Numbered from the stretch's first letter, positions 39,358-51,344 are shown. The stretch: 64,000 nt of DNA from an uncultured Holophaga sp. (GCA_963664825.1 OY761614.1:32001-96000), one strand, 5' to 3'. The notes: generated by a model from the sequence alone, not told the origin. A program made the numbers and translations.

Positions 39358-41558
39358 TGGCCGTCCCCCCCTTCCACAGCTTCAAGGCCGAGGCCTTCCT
39401 GCGAGGGGATTGCCCGGACGTGGGCGCGTGGTTCGGGCCCCAGATGGTGCCCGGCGAAGGCCTGCGCCTGCGGGCCTTCCTGCCCCGAGCCACACGTGTC
39501 GAGCTCCTCGACGCCAAGACGGGAGAAGCGCTGTTGGACCTGACGATGGTGCATCCCGAGGGCATCTTCGAGGCCCATCTGCCCCGCAGGCGCAAACCCT
39601 TCCCCTACCGCTTCCGGGTGCATGGCTGGGGGGAACCCGTGGAGCTGGTGGACCCCTACCGCTTCGGGCCGGTGCTGGGGGAACTGGACCGCTACCTCCA
39701 CGCCGAAGGCACCTTCCTCCACTCCTACGAGCGGATGGGCGCCCACCCCGCCGTGCGGGAGGGGGTCGAAGGCGCCGATTTCGCCGTATGGGCCCCCAAT
39801 GCCCGCCGGGTGAGCGTGGTGGGCACATTCAATACCTGGGATGGGCGGCGCCATATCCTCCACCGCTGGTCCGAGGCGGGCATCTGGGAGCTCTTCGTGC
39901 CCCATCTGCGCCCCGGGGATCTCTACAAGTTCGAGATCATCGGCAAGGACGGCAAACTCCTGCCCCTGAAATCGGATCCCTACGCCTTCCGGGGCGAGTA
40001 CCCGCCGGGATCGGCCTCCATCCTGAGCGCGCCGGAGGAGACCCCGTGGAAGGATGGGGCCTGGATGGCCGAGCGCTGGAAGCAGAATCGCCACACGGCC
40101 CCGGTGAGCATCTTCGAACTCCATCTGGGCTCCTGGAGGCGCCGGAAGGACGGCGGCTTCCTCTCCTATCGCGAGCTGGCCGAACAGCTGGTGCCCTATG
40201 TGAAGGAGCTGGGCTTCACCCACGTCCAGTTCATGCCCGTGAGCGAACATCCCTTCTACGGAAGCTGGGGCTATCAGCCCCTGGGCCTCTTCACGCCCAC
40301 GGCCCGCTACGGCAGCCCCGAGGATTTCAAGGCGCTGGTGGAGGCCTTCCATCTCCAGGGTCTCGGGGTGATCATCGACTGGGTCCCGGCTCACTTCCCC
40401 GAGGATGCCCAAGGGCTCGGCTCCTTCGATGGCACGCACCTCTTCGAGCATGCCGACCCCCGCAAGGGGCGGCACATGGACTGGGGCACGCTGATCTACA
40501 ATTTCGGTCGGCGCGAAGTCCAGAACTTCCTCATCGCCAACGCCCTCTACTGGCTGGACCGCTTCCACCTCGATGGCCTGCGGGTGGACGCGGTGGCCTC
40601 CATGCTCTACCTGGACTACAGCCGCAAGGCCGGCCAGTGGCTGCCCAACAAGAACGGGGGACGGGAGAACCTAGAGGCCGTAGCCTTCCTGCGCCGCCTC
40701 AACGAGACCGTCTACGCCCAGTTCCCCGACATCATGACCATCGCGGAGGAATCCACGGCCTGGCCCGGCGTCTCCCGTCCCACCGACGGGGGGGGCCTGG
40801 GCTTTGGCTTCAAGTGGAACATGGGCTGGATGCACGACACCCTGCGCTTCCTCTCCCGCAACATGCTCCACCGCAAATTCCACCAGCAGGAGATCACCTT
40901 CTCCATGCTCTATCAAGACAGCGAGAACTTCGTCCTGCCCCTCTCCCACGACGAGGTGGTCCACGGCAAGAAGTCCCTGCTCTGGCGCATGCCGGGCACC
41001 CGCTGGGAGCAGTTCGCCAACCTGCGCCTGCTCTATGCCTACCAGTGGGCCCACCCCGGCAAGAAGCTGCTCTTCATGGGATGCGAATTCGGCCAGGACC
41101 ACGAATGGGACCACAACCGGGCTCTCGACTGGGATCTGCTGGAATTCGCCGAACACCGAGGTGTTCAGAACCTGGTGCGGGATCTGAATGGCCTCTACCG
41201 CTCCCAGAGCGCCCTCTTCCAGAAGGACTGCGAGAAGGGCGGCCTCACCTGGATCGACGCCAATGACCGGAAGAATGCCGTCCTTTCCCTGCTGCGATGG
41301 GGCACGGCCCCCGGGGATCATATGCTGGTGGTGCTCAATCTCACGGCCCTGCCCCGCACGGGATTCCGCATCGGCGTGCCCGGACCTGGCCGCTATACCG
41401 AACTCCTCAATAGCGACGCCACCCTCTACGGGGGCCAGAATATCGGCAACCTGGGCGGCGTCGAGGCCAGCGCCGTTCCCATGCATGGCCACCCCTATTC
41501 CGTGCTCCTCACCCTTCCCCCCCTGGGAGCCGTCTTCCTGAAACCCGCTTCCCATTGA
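39357..41558 (+). CDS. glgB: 1,4-alpha-glucan branching enzyme
   Basis: FAVWAPNA, SWGYQP, DWVPAHFP, DGLRVDAVASMLY, IAEEST, KWNMGWMHD, LSHDEVVHGK. Confidence 0.97.
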   Translation: MAVPPFHSFKAEAFLRGDCPDVGAWFGPQMVPGEGLRLRAFLPRATRVELLDAKTGEALLDLTMVHPEGIFEAHLPRRRKPFPYRFRVHGWGEPVELVDPYRFGPVLGELDRYLHAEGTFLHSYERMGAHPAVREGVEGADFAVWAPNARRVSVVGTFNTWDGRRHILHRWSEAGIWELFVPHLRPGDLYKFEIIGKDGKLLPLKSDPYAFRGEYPPGSASILSAPEETPWKDGAWMAERWKQNRHTAPVSIFELHLGSWRRRKDGGFLSYRELAEQLVPYVKELGFTHVQFMPVSEHPFYGSWGYQPLGLFTPTARYGSPEDFKALVEAFHLQGLGVIIDWVPAHFPEDAQGLGSFDGTHLFEHADPRKGRHMDWGTLIYNFGRREVQNFLIANALYWLDRFHLDGLRVDAVASMLYLDYSRKAGQWLPNKNGGRENLEAVAFLRRLNETVYAQFPDIMTIAEESTAWPGVSRPTDGGGLGFGFKWNMGWMHDTLRFLSRNMLHRKFHQQEITFSMLYQDSENFVLPLSHDEVVHGKKSLLWRMPGTRWEQFANLRLLYAYQWAHPGKKLLFMGCEFGQDHEWDHNRALDWDLLEFAEHRGVQNLVRDLNGLYRSQSALFQKDCEKGGLTWIDANDRKNAVLSLLRWGTAPGDHMLVVLNLTALPRTGFRIGVPGPGRYTELLNSDATLYGGQNIGNLGGVEASAVPMHGHPYSVLLTLPPLGAVFLKPASH

Positions 41559-41621
41559 TCCTGCCCAGGGCGGAAACGGGAGCCCTCTCAATGCCACCAA
41601 ACCTTTAACGAGGAGCCGAGC

Positions 41622-43739
<2,118 letters not shown>

Positions 43740-43760
43740 GGCCGGGGGCCGGGCCCTGGA

Positions 43761-45050
43761 TCATCCCCTCTTCAGCGCCCGGTCCGCCCTATGGCCCAGC
43801 TCCCCGCCCCCCTGGCTATCGGCCAAGGCCTTGGCCAGGGCCTGGAGCATCGCGTCCCTGGCGGGCTCCGTGATCCGGGGCAGGAGTTCGGCAGCGGCGG
43901 CCAGGGCCAGGATCTGGTGACTGTGATCGAAGCCGGGATCATTGAGGGCGGCGGCCTCGGCCAGGACCCGCAGCACGCCCAGATCGCCCTTCAGGCACGG
44001 CACAAGGCCCATGGCCAGGGCGGGCTCCCCGTCGAGGATGGCATCCAGCAGCCCGGCGGCGGGGTCTGGCGTTTCGCGGCCTACCGTTTCGCAGCTTGGC
44101 ATCTGGGGTTCCAGACGTTCCTCGGCCTCCTCTGAAGGGAAGAAGTTCACCAGCGCCGCCCCCTGGCCCCAGGGCTCCGGGTCCTCCAACCAGGGGAGCA
44201 GGGCCAGATAGACGAAGGTCCAGGAAGTCTTGCCTTCCAGATCCCGGCGCGCATCCCATTGTTTCTCGGAAGCCGCCAGGATCAGGATCGTCAGCAGATC
44301 CCCCTGGTTCATGCCGCTCTTCATGCGGGTCGTGAAGGCGTCCAGCATGGCCACCAGGCCCATTTCGCAGATCTCCCGCGCCCCTGCCCGGTGTTCCTCC
44401 GGCCCAAGACGGGCCTCACCGGGGGCCACTCGAACATTGAACCCCTCCAGACGCCTGTGGACCCGGGCATTCCAGAAGCGATCCGAGGGCTCCGTGGCCG
44501 CCACCCAGGCCGCCAGGCCCACGAGAGGCCGAGGCTCGTCCAGCAGGCCGAAGAGATCCTGAAGCTGGTGCACCATCACGGCCTTGTGGCCCACGTTGGC
44601 CATGTCCCCGGCGACGAAGGGCAATATGCGGGCGAAGTCCCCGGAACCGGGGGCCTCCAAGCCCATCGCCTCCCCCCAGGCGATGGCGGGGTGATGATCC
44701 CGGAGGGCCATCTCCAGGTTGGGCCAATGGCCGGATCCCAAACCCAGGGCCTGCAACCCACGGGGGGCCCGAGGTTCCTGGGCCATGGCAAAGAGTTGCG
44801 TGGCCACGAGGCGCAGGAAGCGGGCCTCGGAGAGATGCTCCTTCAGCCTCAGGGCGGCCCGCAGACCCAACAGACCGTGGGGCATCTGGGGCAGATGGCC
44901 CTCCCAGTCCACCCGGGGCGTCAGGTGGATCACGGCCTCGCGCGCGGCGCCCCGCAGGCCCTCGGGCTCGCAGATGCGCCCGGCGAAGGCCCTGAAGAAA
45001 CCCTCGGTGGGATGCTCGAGTTCACGCAGCCATGCAGCGCGGGAGTCCAT
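43761..45050 (-). CDS. Hypothetical all-helical protein (429 aa)
   Basis: Long ORF with typical codon usage and GAAGG SD; no recognised motif. Confidence 0.75.
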   Translation of the reverse strand: MDSRAAWLRELEHPTEGFFRAFAGRICEPEGLRGAAREAVIHLTPRVDWEGHLPQMPHGLLGLRAALRLKEHLSEARFLRLVATQLFAMAQEPRAPRGLQALGLGSGHWPNLEMALRDHHPAIAWGEAMGLEAPGSGDFARILPFVAGDMANVGHKAVMVHQLQDLFGLLDEPRPLVGLAAWVAATEPSDRFWNARVHRRLEGFNVRVAPGEARLGPEEHRAGAREICEMGLVAMLDAFTTRMKSGMNQGDLLTILILAASEKQWDARRDLEGKTSWTFVYLALLPWLEDPEPWGQGAALVNFFPSEEAEERLEPQMPSCETVGRETPDPAAGLLDAILDGEPALAMGLVPCLKGDLGVLRVLAEAAALNDPGFDHSHQILALAAAAELLPRITEPARDAMLQALAKALADSQGGGELGHRADRALKRG

Positions 45051-45089
45051 GGAACCTTCCTTCCAAACCGGAATGTACGATCAGAAAAC

Positions 45090-45192
45090 AACCACAGATC
45101 CACAGAGGTCGCAGAGGAAACGCAGAGAAAGGAAACTGATTTGTTTTTCTTTTCTCTGTGTCCTCATTCTCTGCTCTGTGCCCTCTGCGGTT
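45090..45192. repeat. Repeat family C variant (CACAGAG/CGCAGAG periodic inverted repeat)
   Basis: CCACAGAT-CCACAGAGG-TCGCAGAGG-AAACGCAGAG ... CTCTGTG...CTCTGCTCTGTGCCCTCTGCGG. Confidence 0.75.
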
Positions 45193-45223
45193 CCGTTTTT
45201 TTGGGCTCATAGTGAACCTGATT

Positions 45224-45838
45224 TCACGCCGGAATCCCCCAGGCCTCGCCGACCAGGCGGCCCCAGTGGTGCTCCCAGGCGCGCCTCCAGACGAGCGTCC
45301 CCTCCTGGATGCCGGATTCCAGCAGGCGCGAGGTCAGTTCCCGCTGCATGCCCTGGGCCTTGGGACCCAGAGCGGCCTCGGCCAGGACCAGCAGGGCACG
45401 GTGGCCCTGGCGTTCCGCATCGAAATGTTCCAGGTACCCGGGACTTTCAGGGGAAGGGGCCGAGGCCCGCAAGCGCTGCCAGACATCAAAAGCGAGGCGG
45501 GCCTTGGGGTCGGAGCGAAGGGGCTCCTTCACCTTGTCCCACCCGGCCACGGGGAGGGCCTCGGGTTCGGCGCGGCGCAGGGCTTCATGCAGCTTCACGG
45601 CCTTGAGCACATCGCGTTCCAGGTGCGAGAGGGCCACGAAGCCCCGAGCCGAGGCTCGCTTGGCCCGCCGGGCGAAATAGGCCTCCATGGCGCCGATGAC
45701 GGCCTCCGCCGGGACGCCCTCCGAGCCCCAGGCCTGGAGCTGGGCGAAATCCTCCCGGCTCAGGAAGGCGCTGCGGCCATGGAGATGGAAGGCCCACTCG
45801 GCCTCGACCCAATCGAGTTCCTCTCGGGTGTAGGCCAT
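45224..45838 (-). CDS. Hypothetical protein, N-terminus possibly DnaD-like
   Basis: GRSAFLSREDFAQLQAWGSEGVPAEAVIGAM pattern; TGATG coupling to the upstream lipoprotein. Confidence 0.72.
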   Translation of the reverse strand: MAYTREELDWVEAEWAFHLHGRSAFLSREDFAQLQAWGSEGVPAEAVIGAMEAYFARRAKRASARGFVALSHLERDVLKAVKLHEALRRAEPEALPVAGWDKVKEPLRSDPKARLAFDVWQRLRASAPSPESPGYLEHFDAERQGHRALLVLAEAALGPKAQGMQRELTSRLLESGIQEGTLVWRRAWEHHWGRLVGEAWGIPA

Positions 45839-46152
45839 CAGCGCCGGGGAATCAGGAGCGTGCCGTCACTGAGATGCAGGGCCTCGCCATCGAAGCTCAG
45901 CACCTCCTTGGGCACGACCTGGGCCCGGGCCATGCCCCGCAAGACGTACGAGCCTTCGCGCCTCAGGGCCCCGTCGCGGCCGTAGATCTTCACGTGCCAG
46001 CCCATGCCCTCCGGAACGCCGATCACCACAAAGACGCCGTCCTTCCGCTTGCCCACGAAGAAGGATTCCGCCGGCACATTCGCAGGCCGGGGCGGTACGC
46101 GGCTGCAGCCGCCCATCAGAAGAGCCACCATCATCACAACACCGAGCCTCAT
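45838..46152 (-). CDS. Small lipoprotein
   Basis: MRLGVVMMVALLMGGC lipobox; GGAGG SD and TAGAAT -10 upstream. Confidence 0.75.
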   Translation of the reverse strand: MRLGVVMMVALLMGGCSRVPPRPANVPAESFFVGKRKDGVFVVIGVPEGMGWHVKIYGRDGALRREGSYVLRGMARAQVVPKEVLSFDGEALHLSDGTLLIPRR

Positions 46153-46203
46153 TCCATCCTCCAGTCTTCGCATTCTAGCGCGAGGCGTTATCCTGGACGG
46201 ATC

Positions 46204-47001
46204 ATGGGACCCTTCCGAGAGCAAATCCGATACAAGAGCCGCCGAGAGATCGACAAACTTCGCGAGGCGGGCCGACTCACCGCCAATGCCCTGCGGGTGG
46301 CGGCCCGCGCCGCCAAACCCGGCGTCACCCTGCTGGAGATCGATAAACTGGCGGAAACCTATATCCGCAAGAACGGCGGCACGCCGAACTTCAAGGGCTA
46401 TCACGGATTTCCGGCCACCCTCTGCACCTCGGTGAACGACCGGGTGGTGCATGGCATCCCCAATCACTACGCCCTGCAGGAGGGCGATATCATCGCCATC
46501 GATTGCGGCGCCAAGCTCGACGGCTTCCACGGGGATACCTGCCTGACGGTGGGCGTGGGCCACCTCAGCCAGGAGACGCGGATCCTGCTCCAGACCTGCC
46601 AGATGGCCATGTTCCTGGGCATCGAATACTGCCGCACGGGCTACCGCCTGGGCGACATGGCCACGGCCGTGCAGAAGTTCTCCGAGGAGCGCGGCTACTC
46701 CATCGTGCGCGAGTACATCGGCCATGGCCTGGGCCGGGAGCTCCACGAGGATCCCCAGGTGGTCTACGCCGATCAGCGCCCCGGCACGGGCTTCCGCATG
46801 GAGCCCGGCATGGTCATCACCATCGAACCCATCCTGAACCTGGGCACCCATCGCTGCCTGGTGGAGCCCGACGGCTGGACCGTGCGCACCGCCGACGGCA
46901 AGTGGAGCGCCCAGTACGAGCACACCGTGGCCATCACCAAGGACGGCCCGGAGATTCTCAGTTATCCGGATCCCGAGTTCGAACTGGAGGACGGGCTGTA
47001 A
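46204..47001 (+). CDS. map: Methionine aminopeptidase type I
   Basis: FKGYHGFP, CTSVND-VVHGIP, GDIIAIDCG, HGDT, GHGLGRELHEDP, TIEP, SAQYEHT. Confidence 0.97.
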   Translation: MGPFREQIRYKSRREIDKLREAGRLTANALRVAARAAKPGVTLLEIDKLAETYIRKNGGTPNFKGYHGFPATLCTSVNDRVVHGIPNHYALQEGDIIAIDCGAKLDGFHGDTCLTVGVGHLSQETRILLQTCQMAMFLGIEYCRTGYRLGDMATAVQKFSEERGYSIVREYIGHGLGRELHEDPQVVYADQRPGTGFRMEPGMVITIEPILNLGTHRCLVEPDGWTVRTADGKWSAQYEHTVAITKDGPEILSYPDPEFELEDGL

Positions 47002-47017
47002 ATTCAAAAAAACAGAT

Positions 47018-47117
47018 TCAACACGGAGGCACGGAGGACACAGAGGAATTCACGGGGAAGCACCAGGCCGTTTCCCCCTCCGTATTCATCGTTCCGTGTT
47101 CTCTGTGTCTCCATAGT
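47018..47117. repeat. Repeat family C copy between map and ispE
   Basis: TCAACACGGAGGCACGGAGGACACAGAG ... TTCCGTGTTCTCTGTGTCTCCATAG. Confidence 0.85.
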
Positions 47118-47141
47118 TTTGCGCCTCCTGGGAAAACCCTC

Positions 47142-47972
47142 ATGCGTATCCTCGCCCCCGCCAAGCTCAACCGCTTCCTCGCCGTGCTGGGATCAAGGCC
47201 CGATGGGTTCCATGAACTGGAGCTCGTCACCACGGTGCTTTCGGGTATCGAAGGACTGACGGATGTCTTGGAAGGCGAAGCCGCCGGAGCTCTCTCCCTG
47301 GAGCTGAGCGGCCCCATGTCCGAGGGCCTGGCCGTGGACGAATCCAACCTGGTGTTGCGGGCCTGGCGCTTGCTGGAGCGCGAAGTGGGCCGGGAGCTGC
47401 CTGTGCGATTGAAGCTCGAGAAGCGCATCCCCCATGGCGCGGGCCTGGGGGGCGGCAGCAGCGACGGGGCCGCAGCCTTGAGGCTTGGCAACGAGCTCTT
47501 GGGCCTCGGCCTCACCCAATCCACCCTGCTAGGCCTGGCCTCGGCCCTCGGCAGCGATGTGCCCCTCTTCCTCCTGGGAGGCACGGTGCTCGGCCTGGGG
47601 CGCGGCGAGCGGGTGCTTCCCTTGCGGCCCGTGGCCCTTGAACCCATCCTCCTAGTGCATCCAGGCCTCCATGTGGCCACCCCAAGCGTCTACCGGGCCC
47701 TTTCCAGCTCGGGATACCCCACGCCCCGGCCCTGCCCCAGCCTGCCCGATGGCCAAGCGCCCCCCTGGCGAAACGATCTCACGGGAGCGGCCCTCTGGGT
47801 CTGCCCACCCCTGGCCGATGTGTGCGACGCGCTGGCACAGAGCGGCGGCGAACCCCTGCTCTGCGGTTCCGGCTCCTGTTGGGCCGCCCGCTATCCGTCC
47901 ATCCGCGAGCGGGACGAGGGCGCTTCCAGGATTCGGCAGGCTCATCCCGAATGGAGCATCTGGGAGGTCTGA
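47142..47972 (+). CDS. ispE: 4-diphosphocytidyl-2-C-methyl-D-erythritol kinase
   Basis: APAKLN, RPDGFHEL, KRIPHGAGLGGGSSD, LGSDVP, GRGE, GSGS. Confidence 0.95.
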   Translation: MRILAPAKLNRFLAVLGSRPDGFHELELVTTVLSGIEGLTDVLEGEAAGALSLELSGPMSEGLAVDESNLVLRAWRLLEREVGRELPVRLKLEKRIPHGAGLGGGSSDGAAALRLGNELLGLGLTQSTLLGLASALGSDVPLFLLGGTVLGLGRGERVLPLRPVALEPILLVHPGLHVATPSVYRALSSSGYPTPRPCPSLPDGQAPPWRNDLTGAALWVCPPLADVCDALAQSGGEPLLCGSGSCWAARYPSIRERDEGASRIRQAHPEWSIWEV

Positions 47973-48045
47973 TCCCAAAGGAGACCATGGAGAGCAGGCC
48001 AGGACCGCCTCCGGGGCCACTGCGTGGCGTCCCCCCGAATCGGCG

Positions 48046-48087
48046 TCAAAGCAGAAGGCCCCGGAATCCCGGGGCCTTCTGCTTTGA
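48046..48087. terminator. Strong hairpin between convergent genes, probable bidirectional terminator
   Basis: 19-bp perfect inverted repeat TCAAAGCAGAAGGCCCCGG-AATC-CCGGGGCCTTCTGCTTTGA. Confidence 0.85.
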
Positions 48088-48098
48088 TGAGCTTTCGT

Positions 48099-48680
48099 CT
48101 ACTGCGCGGTCAACGTGCCCTTGGTGATCGTGAGGGGATCGGTGGCGCCGCTGGCCATCAGGATCTGCGCCCTGCCCGACACCACGTCCAGGGTCACGGC
48201 TCCCGCGGTGGCACCACTCTTCAGGCTCAGGGCCACGGTGGCGAGCGTGCCATTCAGAGTCTGACTGCCTGCCAAGCCCTTCTGGGACACCACCACCTGA
48301 AGGATATTGCCCGAGACCTTCCCCTTGAGGGCCTGTGGGACAGAGCCCAGATCAGCGAACACCGTGCCATTGCGCACGTACTCGGTATCCGCATCCTGGA
48401 CCTTGGCCCAGCTCACTTTGCTGGTATCGGCCGTCAAATGAAAGGCCGTGCCCGCACCGCTCCCGGCATTCACGGCCACCAGATCCAGCACCAGCTTGGT
48501 GGAGCTGCTAAAGGCCGCATTCTTCTTCAATTGGAAGGTCCCGGACGTGGGGTCCGTGTAGGTCAGGCCGGTGGCGGCGGCGGGTCCCTGGGAGCCCCCG
48601 CCCCCGCCTCCCCCGCAGGCAAGCAGGAGCATCAGGGCCGAGGCGCCGAAGAGGGAGGAAATTGTCTGTGGCTTAGTCAT
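48099..48680 (-). CDS. Lipoprotein with poly-Gly linker and beta-sandwich, cohesin-like domain
   Basis: Lipobox LLLAC then GGGGGGG; alternating beta pattern LVLDLV...GTAFHLTAD...LQVVVSQ...NGTLATVALSL...AVTLDV; GGAG SD 14 nt after the protease stop. Confidence 0.8.
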   Translation of the reverse strand: MTKPQTISSLFGASALMLLLACGGGGGGGSQGPAAATGLTYTDPTSGTFQLKKNAAFSSSTKLVLDLVAVNAGSGAGTAFHLTADTSKVSWAKVQDADTEYVRNGTVFADLGSVPQALKGKVSGNILQVVVSQKGLAGSQTLNGTLATVALSLKSGATAGAVTLDVVSGRAQILMASGATDPLTITKGTLTAQ

Positions 48681-48694
48681 GGATTCAGCTCCGT

Positions 48695-51310
48695 TCACAG
48701 GGCGTTCAGCATCAGCGTCAGGTCATCATTATCGATCTTCCCATCCCCGTTCAGATCGGCCTTGGCCAGATCCGCGGCATCGGTGCTGCCCCAGCGCTTG
48801 GTGATCTGAAGCACGTCCAGCGTATCGACCGCCGAATCACCGTTCAGATCCAGCGTCTTGACAGACACAGCAGCCGTGCCTGTAGGCCCCCAGCTGGAAG
48901 TGGCCGTCACTGTGTAGGTTCCAGCAGTCGCGGGCGCCTGGTAGACCCCCGCCGCACTGATCGTGCCGCCGGTGGCCGTCCAGGTGAAGGTTCCGGCACT
49001 GGGGGCCGCCGTCGCGGCGGCCGTGAAGGTGAAGGACGCACCGGTCAGCAGGGTCTTGGTGCTTGGCGTGACTGCCACAGAAACGGCGGCGGGATTATAG
49101 ACGTTCACCGTCGTGACCGCGGTCTTGGTGGGATCTTCGGCGCTGGTGGCCGTCACGGTGTACGTTCCGAGGGTGGCGGGGGCGGTATAGGTGGTCTCAG
49201 CCACGCCGTCCCCGGCAGTCGAAGTCGGAGCAATGGAACCACCGCCCGCACTCACCGTCCAGTTCACGCTGTTGCTGGTGGCATTGGCCACCGTGGCCTT
49301 GAAATTCACCGTGGCGCTGGGATTCACTTGCAGGGGCCCCCCGGGGGCCACAGACACCGAAACGGGCACCGACACGCCATTGGCGAGGTTCATGACACCC
49401 CAACCCCAGGATTTGTCCCAGGTCCCCTGGGTGGTATGCAGGGCCGTGCCCTGGGAGTTCGCCTTGAAGTAAGCGATCACGTCGGCATAGGTCCAGGAGG
49501 GGTGGCCTTCCTTCAGGAGGGCCACGGCGCCCACCACGGTGGGTGAGGCCATGCTGGTGCCCTGCATGTAGCGGTAGTACTGGGTGCCTGAGGCGGGAAG
49601 CAGGTTTGCTGCGGGGGCCGCCGCGTCCGAAGAGCGGGTGGAGAGCACATTGCTGCCACCCCCGGTGATATCGGGCTTCTGGCGTCCGTCCCGGGTGGGC
49701 CCAATGGAACTGAAGGTGCCAATCTGGTCCTGGGTCTGGCTGGTGTAGTGGTATGTCTTGCCGTCGGATGCGGCCCATTCATAGCGGGACACATAGGCCG
49801 CCACGGCGATGACGTTATTCCCGCAGGCATCGTTGCCCAGAGTCATATCGGAATCGGGATTCGTGAAGGTGGCGTCGATTTCCCCATCGCCCGCGTCATA
49901 GAGCCATCCGTCGAGGCGCGTGGAACCTGAATCCGCCTTGAACTGGAGTTCCCAGGAGCCCGGCCGCACATATTTGCCGTCAGTTTCACTGTCCAATTCG
50001 CCCACCAGCACGAAGATGCGTTTGAGGTTGGCGTTGTAGGACTCGGCCGCGTTTCCCACCTGGAGGTAGTACCCGCTCCCGTCCCCCATCGTGCCCTCGT
50101 AGGTGGTGGCCGAAGGGGCCATCCAGGCGCTCACGTTGCCCGCCGGGTCCTTGAGACGCACGCTAACGGCCGAGGTGGCGTCGTAGTAGAAATTGAACCG
50201 CAGGCGATCGTAGCGGGAGGCACCCTGGGTGTAGGTCGCCACGGTCACGGGCAGCGCCGAGACATCGGTGCCCACCGTGGCGCTGCCATGAATGGCATCG
50301 GCGGCGTAGTTGCCCCCGGAACGAACCACGATGAGCTTCCCTGCGGAAGCCGCCACCAGGTCATCGACGGCCTTCGTATCCAGGTCCGTTCCATCGTGAG
50401 GACCATAGCTGGAACCTAGGCTGAGATTGATCACCACCGGTTGGTTCAGTTCCTTGGCCTGCTCGGCCATCCACTTGATGCCATTCAGGATGTCCGTAGA
50501 ATCCATGGTGGTCTTCACGAACAGGATATTGGCCTTCTTCGCAGACCCATGGAGGGTCGGGAAGGCGGCATCGTAGCCGGCTGCCGAACCCGATACATGG
50601 GTGCCGTGACCATCCGTATCCGTCTCGGTACAGGTCCCGGCCGAGATCTCTGAATTCACCCAGAGGCGTCCGATATCGGAGGTGAAGGTGCCCACCGTGA
50701 AGGGGACGGCGGTCACCGTCTGGTCCCAGAGGTATTTCACGCGGCTGGCGCCACTGGCCACACCGTCCACACGGAAGGCCGGGTGCTTGGTATCGATGCC
50801 TGTATCGATGATGCCCACCAGCACACCCGCCCCGGTGTAACCGGCGGTGTAGGGGACATTGACATTCATCTTCGCCGTATTGATATCGTTATGCAGTTTC
50901 AGCTTGTGGGCCATGGCCACATGCTGGATGGAGGAGGCCGCCTCCAGGGATTCCAGGCTGGAAAGGGGCACCTTGGCGGTCATGATCGTCGGCGTGATGC
51001 GCGTGTAGGCAATGCCGAGGCGATCCAGGGCCTCGGTGGAAGTCAGCGAGAGCGTGACCGGAACCAGCACCTCCTGTCCATTCTCCGAGAGCCGGGCGGT
51101 CTTGGGCAGCATCGATGCCCCGGCCACCAAGCGGGACATGACCTCGGTGCGGTTTTTCAGCCACTGCTGCTTGGCCATCTTGAGATGGGGATCCAGATCC
51201 CCCGCCGAAAGCCCCACCAGGGGCAGCAGCGCCGTGACCAGCCCCACCTTGAATGAATAAATGACCCGTGGGGCAAGGGCCCCGGCGTGACACTCGAGGG
51301 AATGCGTCAT
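48695..51310 (-). CDS. Secreted S8 subtilase with inserted domain, two Ig-like domains and C-terminal dockerin
   Basis: IIDTGID, HGTHVSG, GTSMASP triad; Thr-rich Ig repeats (YTAPATLGTYTVTATS, YQAPATAGTYTVTATS); duplicated DLNGDSAVDTLD/DLNGDGKIDNDD. Confidence 0.93.
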   Translation of the reverse strand: MTHSLECHAGALAPRVIYSFKVGLVTALLPLVGLSAGDLDPHLKMAKQQWLKNRTEVMSRLVAGASMLPKTARLSENGQEVLVPVTLSLTSTEALDRLGIAYTRITPTIMTAKVPLSSLESLEAASSIQHVAMAHKLKLHNDINTAKMNVNVPYTAGYTGAGVLVGIIDTGIDTKHPAFRVDGVASGASRVKYLWDQTVTAVPFTVGTFTSDIGRLWVNSEISAGTCTETDTDGHGTHVSGSAAGYDAAFPTLHGSAKKANILFVKTTMDSTDILNGIKWMAEQAKELNQPVVINLSLGSSYGPHDGTDLDTKAVDDLVAASAGKLIVVRSGGNYAADAIHGSATVGTDVSALPVTVATYTQGASRYDRLRFNFYYDATSAVSVRLKDPAGNVSAWMAPSATTYEGTMGDGSGYYLQVGNAAESYNANLKRIFVLVGELDSETDGKYVRPGSWELQFKADSGSTRLDGWLYDAGDGEIDATFTNPDSDMTLGNDACGNNVIAVAAYVSRYEWAASDGKTYHYTSQTQDQIGTFSSIGPTRDGRQKPDITGGGSNVLSTRSSDAAAPAANLLPASGTQYYRYMQGTSMASPTVVGAVALLKEGHPSWTYADVIAYFKANSQGTALHTTQGTWDKSWGWGVMNLANGVSVPVSVSVAPGGPLQVNPSATVNFKATVANATSNSVNWTVSAGGGSIAPTSTAGDGVAETTYTAPATLGTYTVTATSAEDPTKTAVTTVNVYNPAAVSVAVTPSTKTLLTGASFTFTAAATAAPSAGTFTWTATGGTISAAGVYQAPATAGTYTVTATSSWGPTGTAAVSVKTLDLNGDSAVDTLDVLQITKRWGSTDAADLAKADLNGDGKIDNDDLTLMLNAL

Positions 51311-51344
51311 GATTCCTCCATAGTAAAAGGATCTATTCGACTCT

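Noticed and set aside
47987..48127. 46-codon ORF with a good AAAGGAG SD right after ispE
   Set aside because: Runs through a strong terminator hairpin into the convergent gene, and the Pro/Arg-rich product looks non-coding; could be a gene remnant but is unsupported
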